Source of the DNA: an uncultured Candidatus Saccharibacteria bacterium
GTDB taxonomy: Bacteria > Patescibacteriota > Saccharimonadia > Saccharimonadales > Saccharimonadaceae
Assembly: GCA_947307225.1 (NCBI GenBank)
Contig: CAMZIL010000001.1
Location: 220,120-284,119 of the forward strand
Length of the DNA: 64,000 bases
Direction: 5' to 3'
Every line of letters begins with the position of its first letter. Position 1 is the first letter of the stretch. Positions 53,170 to 61,185 of the stretch are shown here, piece after piece. The position numbers were made by a program, and so were the translations under genes. Under the pieces are notes generated by a model that was not told the DNA's origin, did not search any database, and worked only from the letters and a program-made list of their open reading frames with translations.

Positions 53170-53903
53170 TTAGCTGTATTAGTTTCTTTTGGTTCGTAAT
53201 TTGCAATGCCGTCGACGATGGCGTCGGAATTGAAGCCAAGGGCGAATGCGACAGTAGCGGCAGCGGCCATGTAGAGGTAAGCGTTCTGATCAGTGACATA
53301 GGTGGCAACCTCGAAGCGCTCGCTGTTGTATAGAAGGGTTGCCTCTGTGCCCTGCTTGTAGATCTTGCCTGGAGTGACTTTCAAATCGGCAGAACGGTCG
53401 CGGCCATAGGAATAGGTGGCAGTCTTGCTAGGATATTCAACGAAGACGTTGTAGTTTGCGTCGTCGCGGTTTAGAATGCTGAAATCTGGCTTGGTATTAA
53501 ACAAAATAGCCTTTGCATCGCTGGACTCGGCGCCTGCGACGTCGGATTCACTGATGTCATCGGTAATAACGGCTGCATGAATTGGCATGCCATAGAAAAG
53601 ATGATTGGCTAGCGCATGGCTGTCGGCGGAAACGACGGCATAGTCGGTGCCGGTTTTCCAGATTTTGAACAGCTGTTTATAGAGGTCGGAAGTCGATTTT
53701 GGATCGACAATAAGTCCGACGCGCGCATCGCGCTGCTTGATAATTTCTTGCACAAAGTGCGCAGTTACATCCCGCCCATTAGTGCCAGTAATAGCAATAA
53801 TCTTTAAATCTTTTGCAGGGTTGCTGTAGTAAGTTTTAAAGAATTTTGCCTTGGCTTTTTGAAGTTTTGGTTTGAGTCCGGATTTCTTCTGCTTGTCTGC
53901 CAT
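53166..53903 (-). CDS. Mur-ligase central-domain-like protein with a degenerate P-loop
   Basis: 245 aa. LKIIAITGTNGRDVTAHF sits where Mur ligases have GTNGKT(T/S). No C-terminal domain. 4-nt overlap with 52318..53169. Confidence 0.5.
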   Translation of the reverse strand: MADKQKKSGLKPKLQKAKAKFFKTYYSNPAKDLKIIAITGTNGRDVTAHFVQEIIKQRDARVGLIVDPKSTSDLYKQLFKIWKTGTDYAVVSADSHALANHLFYGMPIHAAVITDDISESDVAGAESSDAKAILFNTKPDFSILNRDDANYNVFVEYPSKTATYSYGRDRSADLKVTPGKIYKQGTEATLLYNSERFEVATYVTDQNAYLYMAAAATVAFALGFNSDAIVDGIANYEPKETNTAK

Positions 53904-54083
53904 AAAAATAGTATATCATCTCTTGAAAAAATGTGCTATAATGGCATGTATCGCGTATTGCTTTTGCATGCGTTGATGAACTTTTAATCTTTGAACGGTG
54001 GAAGTATACGTCCTCTGGGCGTTTTGTTATACAAAATACTCACTGGCGTATATTCATCCACAATTTAGATCTCGTTTAGATAT

Positions 54084-54160
54084 GTGCCCGTAGCTCAGCT
54101 GGATAGAGCGTTAGCTTGCGGAGCTAAAGGTCGTACGTTCGAATCGTATCGGGCATACCA
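54084..54160 (+). tRNA. tRNA-Arg (anticodon GCG), CCA encoded
   Basis: Hand fold. Acceptor GTGCCCG/CGGGCAT (G1-U72 pair), D-arm GCTC-AGCTGGATA-GAGC, anticodon stem TTAGC/GCTAA with loop TTGCGGA, T-loop TTCGAAT. Preceded by an ATGTGCTATAATG extended -10 element at 53931-53943. Confidence 0.8.
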
Positions 54161-54180
54161 TGATTTTGAGATTTAAAGCA

Positions 54181-54208
54181 AAAGGCGCCTCTTATTGGGG
54201 CGCTTTTT
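54181..54208 (+). terminator. Hairpin/terminator between tRNA-Arg and tRNA-Ser
   Basis: Stem aaaggcgcc/ggcgctttt with one G-U pair and a 9-nt loop. The T-run is partly within the stem. Confidence 0.45.
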
Positions 54209-54233
54209 GTGTTTTTATGTTAAGATAAGACGT

Positions 54234-54321
54234 GGAAGCGTGGCCGAGTGGTTGAAGGCGCACGACTCGAAATCGTGTGGGCAGCAATGTCTCGGAGGTT
54301 CGAATCCTCTCGCTTCCGCCA
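54234..54321 (+). tRNA. tRNA-Ser (anticodon CGA), CCA encoded
   Basis: Hand fold. Acceptor GGAAGCG/CGCTTCC, anticodon stem CACGA/TCGTG with loop CTCGAAA, a long variable arm, T-loop TTCGAAT, discriminator G, then CCA. Confidence 0.85.
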
Positions 54322-54336
54322 TGAGCTTCGCTCATG

Positions 54337-54359
54337 AACAGACCTACGGTCTGTTTTTT
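54337..54359 (+). terminator. Terminator after tRNA-Ser(CGA)
   Basis: aacagacc-tac-ggtctgtt hairpin running into tttttt. Confidence 0.7.
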
Positions 54360-54528
54360 CTTGCGAAAAAACGGAAGCTCTAATTTCGCTTCGCGAAAGG
54401 CGCTTCCGCCATGAGCAAAATAACGACCGAAAGGTCGTATTTTTGTGTCCGATTGACTAGAGATGGGTTTTGTGGTATAATTATATATGTAGTTATTCCG
54501 TATTCGAAACTCTATCGGGAGGTGAACC

Positions 54529-54819
54529 ATGAAATACTACGCAGCTGCAAAAATTGATAGTCAGGGTCGGGTGTATCTGAAGGATTTTATAGAACCTGGT
54601 GCTAAAGTCGTCATTTACGTCGACGATTCTGACATAAGTGTGATTCATATTGAGCCTTATCTCGATTTGGATCATAAGGACATTCCGAAATGTGGCATTC
54701 ATCGTGTCAGCACGGACAAGCCGCGCGTTTGCGTTCCGAAAGCTATGCTTGGGGACGCGAAGAGATGCTTGATTACTGATGATGGCAAGAACGGTGTATT
54801 GCTAAAGCTGGTCTTTTAA
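54529..54819 (+). CDS. Small SpoVT/AbrB-like (MraZ-like motif) protein, hypothetical
   Basis: 96 aa with a gggaggtg SD. The N-terminal KIDSQGRVYLKDF and later STDKPRVCVPKAM resemble the paired D-x-x-G-R-[IV]-x-[IL]-P swapped-hairpin motifs. A hairpin terminator lies at 54826-54848. Confidence 0.4.
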   Translation: MKYYAAAKIDSQGRVYLKDFIEPGAKVVIYVDDSDISVIHIEPYLDLDHKDIPKCGIHRVSTDKPRVCVPKAMLGDAKRCLITDDGKNGVLLKLVF

Positions 54820-54889
54820 CCAGCTGGGCTCGTATGAGCCCTTTTTTTATGCTTTGCTCTTTTGGTAAAATAGATTGAAAAGGAGGATT

Positions 54890-55267
54890 ATGGCAAGTAT
54901 TTTTTCGAGGATTATTGCAGGCGAGATTCCGTCCTACAAGATTTATGAAGACGAAAAAACATACGCATTTCTAGATATCAACCCAGAGAGCAAGGGGCAT
55001 ACTTTGGTTGTTCCAAAGGCAGAAGTCGACAAGATTTATGAGCTCTCCGATGAAGATTACCATGCTTTGTGGGCGAGTGTGAAAAAGGTTGCTGCTCATA
55101 TGGAAGAGGTTTCCGGGCGTCGTACGCTGATGAAAGTGATCGGCACTGACGTGCCACATGCGCACGTTCATTTGATGCCAATGGATGAAACTTGGGAATA
55201 TGGACGCACGCTTAGCTTGACTGAAGACGAGTTCAAAGAGATTCAGTCGAAGCTACAGATGAACTAG
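54890..55267 (+). CDS. HIT-family (histidine triad) nucleotide hydrolase/transferase
   Basis: ATG at 54890 after an aaaggagga SD (track start 54875). IFSRIIAGEIPSYKIYEDEKTYAFLDINP and the triad HAHVHLMP. Confidence 0.9.
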   Translation: MASIFSRIIAGEIPSYKIYEDEKTYAFLDINPESKGHTLVVPKAEVDKIYELSDEDYHALWASVKKVAAHMEEVSGRRTLMKVIGTDVPHAHVHLMPMDETWEYGRTLSLTEDEFKEIQSKLQMN

Positions 55268-55295
55268 TGATATACTAGGACAAAAGAGAGGTAAA

Positions 55296-56036
55296 ATGGC
55301 GGAAACGGCAAAAATAAAAGAGATTATTCCGGTCGAGTCTGATTACGAGATGTTGACCAGCCCGGATTACGAGCAAACAAAACAGTTACAGCAGTATAAA
55401 GCCGACGCGGAGCGTAATTTGATGGCGATGTCGCGTACGGCGCGTGGTGTGATCGACACTTCTGCAAGTGCTGAGAAGGCGCAGTCGATGACTGGCGTGA
55501 CTGGCGAAGTGGCCGCAGATCTTGCAAAGCAGAATTTTGATACAGCAATTGAGATTGCGTTTGAAAATCGCGATCATCAGTTTGAGTCTCCGACAGAGTT
55601 GCGTGCATTCGTGGAGGCTTTAGCTGAGCAAGTAAACTCTGGTATCGTGAAAGATGGCAATTTGATCCGTTCGTCAGACTCTCAAAAATATCCGTATGTG
55701 CGTATTGCTAATCTCGAGAACGAGATGGATAAGTTTTACAACGGGCTTTATGAACGTTTGAATGATCCTGACCATGATCCAGTCGAAGCGGCGGCATATG
55801 CCGAGTTCGGCATCGATTTCGCTGGCCATTTCTTCGCAGACGGCTGTGGCAAGACCGCAAAAGTTGTTTCCAGCTATGTTTTGATGCGTTCCGGTCATGA
55901 ATTGCCAGAGTATAAGGGCGGCCGCGAGGCTTATTACGCCAATCAGCTAAAACAGATTGCTGGTGAGGATGAGCAGGCTGATGCAGAAGGATATCAGAAG
56001 TTTTTGAATTACTATAGAGGTTTGTTTGAGGATTAA
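55296..56036 (+). CDS. Fic/Fido-like protein with a non-canonical active-site motif
   Basis: 246 aa. The layout ...DPVEAAAYAEFGIDFAGHFFADGCGKTAKVVSSYVLMRSGHELP parallels Fic domains. HFFADGCGKTAK sits where HxFx(D/E)GNGRxxR is expected. Confidence 0.5.
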   Translation: MAETAKIKEIIPVESDYEMLTSPDYEQTKQLQQYKADAERNLMAMSRTARGVIDTSASAEKAQSMTGVTGEVAADLAKQNFDTAIEIAFENRDHQFESPTELRAFVEALAEQVNSGIVKDGNLIRSSDSQKYPYVRIANLENEMDKFYNGLYERLNDPDHDPVEAAAYAEFGIDFAGHFFADGCGKTAKVVSSYVLMRSGHELPEYKGGREAYYANQLKQIAGEDEQADAEGYQKFLNYYRGLFED

Positions 56037-56038
56037 AG

Positions 56039-56599
56039 ATGGAAGATTTAGCAAGAAAATATCACGCAGAACAATTTCGTAACAATAACAAGGTGCCATA
56101 TTTTGAGCACTGTGTCGGTGTCGCAGCAATTTTGACGGCAGTTTTAGCCCAGACCAAGGAAGCGTATGAAGAAGAAGTACGCGATATGGTCGCTGCGGCT
56201 TATGGCCATGACCTTATTGAGGATACAGATGTTTCTGATACGGAAATTGCGGCAGCAAGCAATATGCATGTTTTGCAGCTAATCCGCGAATTATCCAACC
56301 CTGTCGACGATGCACATACAGATGAGTACATGCGCCAGTTGAGCGTGGCTTCCGAAGAGGCGCGCATCGTGAAGTATTGTGACTTGCTCGAGAATACGAC
56401 GAGTGTTTGCTATGGTTTGCATGATCTTGGTTTAGATTGGGCGCATAACTTCTATCTCCCGATTTTGACTCGTTCGACAACGGTGCTTGCGGCGACGAAT
56501 TTTGAAAAATTCGCACAATCAGCGGAAAAACTTCGGGTTATGCTAGATGTTTCGACGAAACTGCTGTACGCGAAAATTGAAATGATGGAGAAAAAGTAA
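56039..56599 (+). CDS. SpoT/Mesh1-type HD-domain hydrolase (small alarmone hydrolase-like)
   Basis: 186 aa. Contains ARKYHAEQFRNNNKVPYFEHCVGVA and AAAYGHDLIEDT (HD motif), then VLQLIRELSNP, matching the (p)ppGpp-hydrolase HD domain pattern. Starts 3 nt after the previous stop. Confidence 0.7.
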   Translation: MEDLARKYHAEQFRNNNKVPYFEHCVGVAAILTAVLAQTKEAYEEEVRDMVAAAYGHDLIEDTDVSDTEIAAASNMHVLQLIRELSNPVDDAHTDEYMRQLSVASEEARIVKYCDLLENTTSVCYGLHDLGLDWAHNFYLPILTRSTTVLAATNFEKFAQSAEKLRVMLDVSTKLLYAKIEMMEKK

Positions 56600-57936
56600 T
56601 GAGCGAGTTGGCAGCTGCGGCATCCTTCGATAATGAGGCAAATAAAGAAGCTGCAAAAATTACGCACCTTGGCGGTTGGCAAGGGATGGATAATCCTGCT
56701 TTTAAGAGCGACGACGTTGATCGCGAGAAGCTGATCGATACGAGTGGGGGTTGGGATTCGTTGGCGGCACCTGAGGAAATAAATCTTGTTTACGCCTTGG
56801 ACGAGACTGGCAACTTCATGAACAATGAGGCCAGGCTGAATGTGTATGAGAAACATCGTTATGCGATCGAAAAGGATTCGTCGATGAAAACTTTCTGGTT
56901 ATTCCCGGCCGATGGTTATGAATTTCCAGATGTCAGTAGCGAAGATTTCGAAGATGCGATTGATAATCCTGGAAACTGGCAGCCTGAGCGCGCGGCAATC
57001 CATAGAGAAATTATTCAAAATGAGGTTCAGGACGCACTTAAGTTGAGCCGCAGTTTGCGTAAAGCCGAGGAAGAGAGGGGCGTCGGCCCGACAATTTATG
57101 CAATGCGCGGTTTGTCGGCGGCAGGAAAAACCCAGGCAATCAAGAAGATTGATGGCGTAGTGATTGAGGATGGCACGACGGTTGGTGCCCTTTCGCCAGA
57201 TACGGCGAAGAGGGATTTGTTTGCTGTAAGTGGCGGCGTGACGGATCAGATTCATAAGGAAAGCGGTAGTATTAGGCGCCGTGTTGAAAGAACCGTCAAA
57301 GCTATGGCGCTAGATATAGGGGTTTCTGATATTCGCGATAGCGTGATGAAAGATGTGGCTGATATTGAGCTAACCATTCGCGATGCCGAGGAAACGAAGC
57401 GCAGACTCGAAATGATCGATATTGATGTCCCGCTAGAGGTGTCGGCGACTCGTTTGTTGCTCCGTCCAAAGGGCGGCGCTGATCCAAACCCGAATCCAGG
57501 TTATCTCTCGAAAGCGTTTGGTGGTATTCGTGGAAACCGTGCCAAGGCTATTGAGCAGCTGAAGACGGCTTATACTGAGGGGAGAGTCAGTGATGTGAGC
57601 TATACGCTGTTCTGCTATGATAGCGAGAGTGAACCGAAGGTAATTCAGAGAGAGGCCTATAAACTTTGGGTCGATCCAGAAACGCATGAGCTACGCGAAG
57701 AGGTGTTGGACCAAAAACTCTTTGATGAGGCGACGGAGAGCCCAGAGAATGCCCCGGCCGTCTTGAAAGGGACTGTGATTACGCCGGAATATTTGGATGA
57801 TTATTGCCGTAAATACTTTAACGGCGATGAGAATAGCGCTAAGTATGAGCAGGAATTGCGTGAAGGAATTGCGCCTTATCTTGCCCTTGAGGAGCCAATG
57901 ACGCTTTGGGAAGCGTTGCAGGCTAAGAACGAATAG
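56599..57936 (+). CDS. Zeta-toxin-like P-loop kinase domain protein
   Basis: 445 aa. The central Walker A MRGLSAAGKTQAIKKI, followed by conserved Asp/Lys/Arg positions, fits the zeta/AAA_33 kinase fold. The N-terminal roughly 190 aa and the C-terminal roughly 120 aa are unassigned. GTAATG overlap with the HD gene. Confidence 0.5.
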   Translation: MSELAAAASFDNEANKEAAKITHLGGWQGMDNPAFKSDDVDREKLIDTSGGWDSLAAPEEINLVYALDETGNFMNNEARLNVYEKHRYAIEKDSSMKTFWLFPADGYEFPDVSSEDFEDAIDNPGNWQPERAAIHREIIQNEVQDALKLSRSLRKAEEERGVGPTIYAMRGLSAAGKTQAIKKIDGVVIEDGTTVGALSPDTAKRDLFAVSGGVTDQIHKESGSIRRRVERTVKAMALDIGVSDIRDSVMKDVADIELTIRDAEETKRRLEMIDIDVPLEVSATRLLLRPKGGADPNPNPGYLSKAFGGIRGNRAKAIEQLKTAYTEGRVSDVSYTLFCYDSESEPKVIQREAYKLWVDPETHELREEVLDQKLFDEATESPENAPAVLKGTVITPEYLDDYCRKYFNGDENSAKYEQELREGIAPYLALEEPMTLWEALQAKNE

Positions 57937-57944
57937 GAGTTGAT

Positions 57945-58148
57945 ATGGATGAGGTAAATGGTAAAGAAAAATTCGACTTTATGAAGTTTGCGAGGATTTA
58001 TCCAAATAGCAACGGTAGCGCACGTTTGTCTGAGTGCCCAACGGAAGAGGATCGCATTCGTTACGAGAAAATGTATTACGACGAAGATTCTGTTTTGACG
58101 GTTGAGGAATTCGCAGAATTGCTTGATCGCGAAGACGAGACTGCCTAG
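57945..58148 (+). CDS. Small acidic protein, copy 1 of a tandem pair
   Basis: 67 aa. Shares ...FARIYPNSNGSARL.ECPTEEDRIRYEKMY..EDSVLTVEEFAELLDREDETA with 58264..58482. A ggag SD lies upstream. Confidence 0.55.
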   Translation: MDEVNGKEKFDFMKFARIYPNSNGSARLSECPTEEDRIRYEKMYYDEDSVLTVEEFAELLDREDETA

Positions 58149-58163
58149 CGCCCCCTGTCAGTA

Positions 58164-58192
58164 TTGACAATTTTAAGCATATGTGCTATAAT
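58164..58192 (+). promoter_or_regulatory. Consensus sigma-70 promoter for the second small acidic ORF
   Basis: TTGACA (58164-58169), an exactly 17-nt spacer, then TATAAT (58187-58192) with a TGn extension (tgtgcTATAAT). Confidence 0.7.
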
Positions 58193-58263
58193 GTAATTGT
58201 CCTATCTCTTTTGGGAGGTTTGGATGAATTTTTGACCTGTTCGGTTAGATTGGAGGTGGTCGT

Positions 58264-58482
58264 ATGGCAATAGGAGGGCCTAAAGCGAGCACACGAAAAG
58301 AACCTTTTGACTGGGAGTTGTTCGCAAGAATATATCCCAACAGCAACGGTAGCGCACGTTTGTGCAAATGTCCTATGGAGGAGGATAAAATACGCTACCA
58401 AAAGATGTACGAATCGGAAGATTCCGTATCGACGGTTGAGGAATTTGCAGAATTGCTTGATCGCGAAGATGAGACCGCCTAG
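58264..58482 (+). CDS. Small acidic protein, copy 2 of a tandem pair
   Basis: 72 aa with a ggaggtgg SD. The C-terminal 55 aa are about 80% identical to copy 1. A hairpin terminator lies at about 58551-58590. Confidence 0.55.
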   Translation: MAIGGPKASTRKEPFDWELFARIYPNSNGSARLCKCPMEEDKIRYQKMYESEDSVSTVEEFAELLDREDETA

Positions 58483-58594
58483 TCTCAAATGCTATACCGG
58501 AGGTTTATATGACAATATTCATAATTAGTTGACGCTCTTTTCTCGGTAAAAAGGCTGGAGCCATTGTGGTTCCGGCCTTTTATTTTTTTGTATC

Positions 58595-58622
58595 AAAAAG
58601 AGCAGGTCTCCCTGCTCTTTTT
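58595..58622 (-). terminator. Terminator downstream of valS
   Basis: aaaaagagcagg-tctc-cctgctcttttt perfect hairpin directly after the valS stop. Confidence 0.8.
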
Positions 58623-58623
58623 G

Positions 58624-61185
58624 CTAGACTAGCTTGAATTCGGCTTTCATGTCTTCGAGAAGCTGCTCTTTTGTGGCGAGCTGCGACTTGGTCTCGTCGA
58701 CTAACTCTTTTGGTGCCTTTTCTACGTAATTTGGATTGCGTAGGCGAGCCTCAAGCGTGTTAATCTCCTGGCCGAGCTTTAGGATACGATCCTCGAGGTT
58801 GGCTTTGTACTTCGCATGAAGATCAGCTGGAATATCAAGGTAGATATTCGGGTGACCTTCGATTGCGAGGTGAAGACCTCTAGCGTTTTCTGGCTGAATC
58901 TGTGGAACGCCTGGAGCCTTGGTGTAGTGCTGGAGAAGAAGCTGGTTTTCATAGACGAGCTGGTCGTCGTAGAAAGCGATTGGATAGCTGCCAGCGCCTG
59001 GGAGGCTCTGGAAGTGGCTTCTGACGTTAGACACGATAAGTATAAGCTCTTCGAACTTGGAGGCCCTTGCAGGGCTAAATTTGAGCTCAGAAGGCCATTT
59101 TTGTGTGGCACACATGCCGTCCGTCCAGTCAAGCGTCTGCCAAATGGTTTCCGTGACGAATGGCGCAAATGGATGAAGCATGATTAAGACCTGCTCAAGA
59201 GTCTTCTTTAGGAGTGGGATATTCTTCCAAAGTTTTTCACCTTCGAGGAACCAGTCCGCGTATTTGTTCCAGATGAAATCGTAGATAGCATCACCCGCCT
59301 CGGCAAAGCGGTACTTGTCGAGAAGCTTCTGAATCTCTTTGTTGGTCTTGTTGAGTTCGCGGCAGATCCAATCCTCGCCGTTGCTGAGGCATTCTGCTTC
59401 CCCGCCCTTCTTTTCGGCGTTGTCTACCATGTCCTGAATGAGACGTGAAATATTCCAAAGTTTGTTGCAGAGGTTGCGGCTTGCGACAACCTTTGAGCTG
59501 CTGAAGGCCTGGTTGACGCCGGCGCTGCGGCTAGCGATAAGACCAAGGCGCAATGCGTCTGAGCCATATTTGGCGACGATATCGATTGGGTTGATGACGT
59601 TGCCCTTGGACTTTGACATCTTTTGGCCTTTTTCGTCCAACACCATGCCGTGCATATAGACATCTTTGAATGGAACTTCACCGGTGTTATAGAGGCCAAG
59701 CATGATCATGCGGCCGACCCACTGGAAGAGGAGGTCTGCGCCGGTTTCCATGACGCTGGTTGGATAGTGCTGCTTGCGATCGCTGGTGGTGATGTATGGC
59801 CACTGACCAGAGCTGAACCAAGTATCGAAGGTATCTTCATCGCGGCGATAGACTTTGCCGCCCTTCTCTATTTCGGTCTGATCGACACGTTTGTCGAAAA
59901 TCCAATCAGTTGGATCGTTGACGTTTACAAAGGCCGGAATTGGGATACCCCATGGGATCTGGCGTGAAATGTTCCAGTCCTTGAGGTTCTTTAGGTAGTT
60001 AATGAGAACGCGCTTTTTGTTGTCTGGATGGAATTTAATCTTGTTCTTCTCGAGAGCCTCGATAGCAGCCTTTGCGAGAGGTTTAACGTCGACGAACCAC
60101 TGCTCCTTTAGGAGAGGCTCGATAACGGTATCGCACTTGTAGCAGTGGCCAACAGAGTGTTTGATGCTCTCTTCGCCGCGGAGTAGACCCTGATCTTCGA
60201 GATCGGAGAGAACCTTTTGACGGGCTTCGGTAGTAGAGAGGCCTTCGTAGTTAGCACCTGCAGCGGCGGTCATCTTGCCATCGAAACCGATGACGGTAAC
60301 CATCTCGAGGTTGTGGCGCTGGCCTACCTCATAGTCGTTCTGATCGTGAGCTGGGGTGATTTTAACGACGCCGGTACCGTATTCTGGGTCAGCGTGCTCG
60401 TCTGCGATAATTTCGATTTCGCGGTCGGTGAGTGGTAGCTTGACTTTCTGGCCGATTATGTTCTTGTAGCGGTTATCCTTGGGGTTAACGGCTACGGCAG
60501 TATCGCCCATTAGGGTTTCTGGACGAGTGGTAGAAACGATGACTTCCTCGATGCCGTCTTTTGCTTTTACTAGTGGATAAGCGATGCGCCAGAGTTTACC
60601 CTTCTCGTCTTTATGGGTAACCTCGATATCTGCGAAAGCGGTCTGGTGTTTGGTACAGAAGTTTACGAGTTTTTCGCCACGATAGATCAGACCCTGTTTC
60701 CAGAGTTTTTCGAAGGTGTTGTAGACGGTATCGACGACTTTTTTGTCGAGCGTGAAGGTGAGGCTGTCCCAATCGCATGATGCGCCGAGTGCGCGGAGCT
60801 GAAGCTCCATGTTGCCGCGCTGTTCGTGGACAAAGTCCCAAACCTGGTTGTAGAGTTCATCGCGGCCGTAATCGAAGCGTGTTTTGCCCTCTGCTTCTAG
60901 CTTGCGTTCGTAGACGACCCAGGTTTCGAAGCCTGCGTGGTCGGCGCCTGGAATATACCAGGTGTTGTCGCCCTTGAGGCGGTGGTAACGGGTTAGGATA
61001 TCTTCGAGAGCGATGGTCAGGCCATGGCCAATGTGTAGATTACCGTTTGCATTTGGCGGTGGCATGACAATCGTGTAATTCTCAGCGTTTTTGTCTTCGC
61101 GAGGTTTAAAGGCACCGGCCTTTTCCCAGAGTTGGTAGATTTCTGGTTCGTATTGATCCGGTTCATAAGCTTTGCTAAATTTCAT
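58624..61185 (-). CDS. valS: Valine--tRNA ligase
   Basis: I prefer the ATG at 61185 (MKFSKAYEPDQYEPEIYQLWEK), giving 853 aa. The track ORF adds 26 implausible residues. Has the HIGH motif (PNANGNLHIGH), the KMSKS motif (KMSKSKGN) and a C-terminal coiled coil. Confidence 0.95.
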   Translation of the reverse strand: MKFSKAYEPDQYEPEIYQLWEKAGAFKPREDKNAENYTIVMPPPNANGNLHIGHGLTIALEDILTRYHRLKGDNTWYIPGADHAGFETWVVYERKLEAEGKTRFDYGRDELYNQVWDFVHEQRGNMELQLRALGASCDWDSLTFTLDKKVVDTVYNTFEKLWKQGLIYRGEKLVNFCTKHQTAFADIEVTHKDEKGKLWRIAYPLVKAKDGIEEVIVSTTRPETLMGDTAVAVNPKDNRYKNIIGQKVKLPLTDREIEIIADEHADPEYGTGVVKITPAHDQNDYEVGQRHNLEMVTVIGFDGKMTAAAGANYEGLSTTEARQKVLSDLEDQGLLRGEESIKHSVGHCYKCDTVIEPLLKEQWFVDVKPLAKAAIEALEKNKIKFHPDNKKRVLINYLKNLKDWNISRQIPWGIPIPAFVNVNDPTDWIFDKRVDQTEIEKGGKVYRRDEDTFDTWFSSGQWPYITTSDRKQHYPTSVMETGADLLFQWVGRMIMLGLYNTGEVPFKDVYMHGMVLDEKGQKMSKSKGNVINPIDIVAKYGSDALRLGLIASRSAGVNQAFSSSKVVASRNLCNKLWNISRLIQDMVDNAEKKGGEAECLSNGEDWICRELNKTNKEIQKLLDKYRFAEAGDAIYDFIWNKYADWFLEGEKLWKNIPLLKKTLEQVLIMLHPFAPFVTETIWQTLDWTDGMCATQKWPSELKFSPARASKFEELILIVSNVRSHFQSLPGAGSYPIAFYDDQLVYENQLLLQHYTKAPGVPQIQPENARGLHLAIEGHPNIYLDIPADLHAKYKANLEDRILKLGQEINTLEARLRNPNYVEKAPKELVDETKSQLATKEQLLEDMKAEFKLV

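Noticed and set aside
53941-54083. Possible small RNA between the Mur-like gene promoter region and tRNA-Arg
   Set aside because: I could find no convincing conserved structure or terminator. It is most simply the 5' leader of the tRNA transcript starting at the extended -10 box at 53931-53943.
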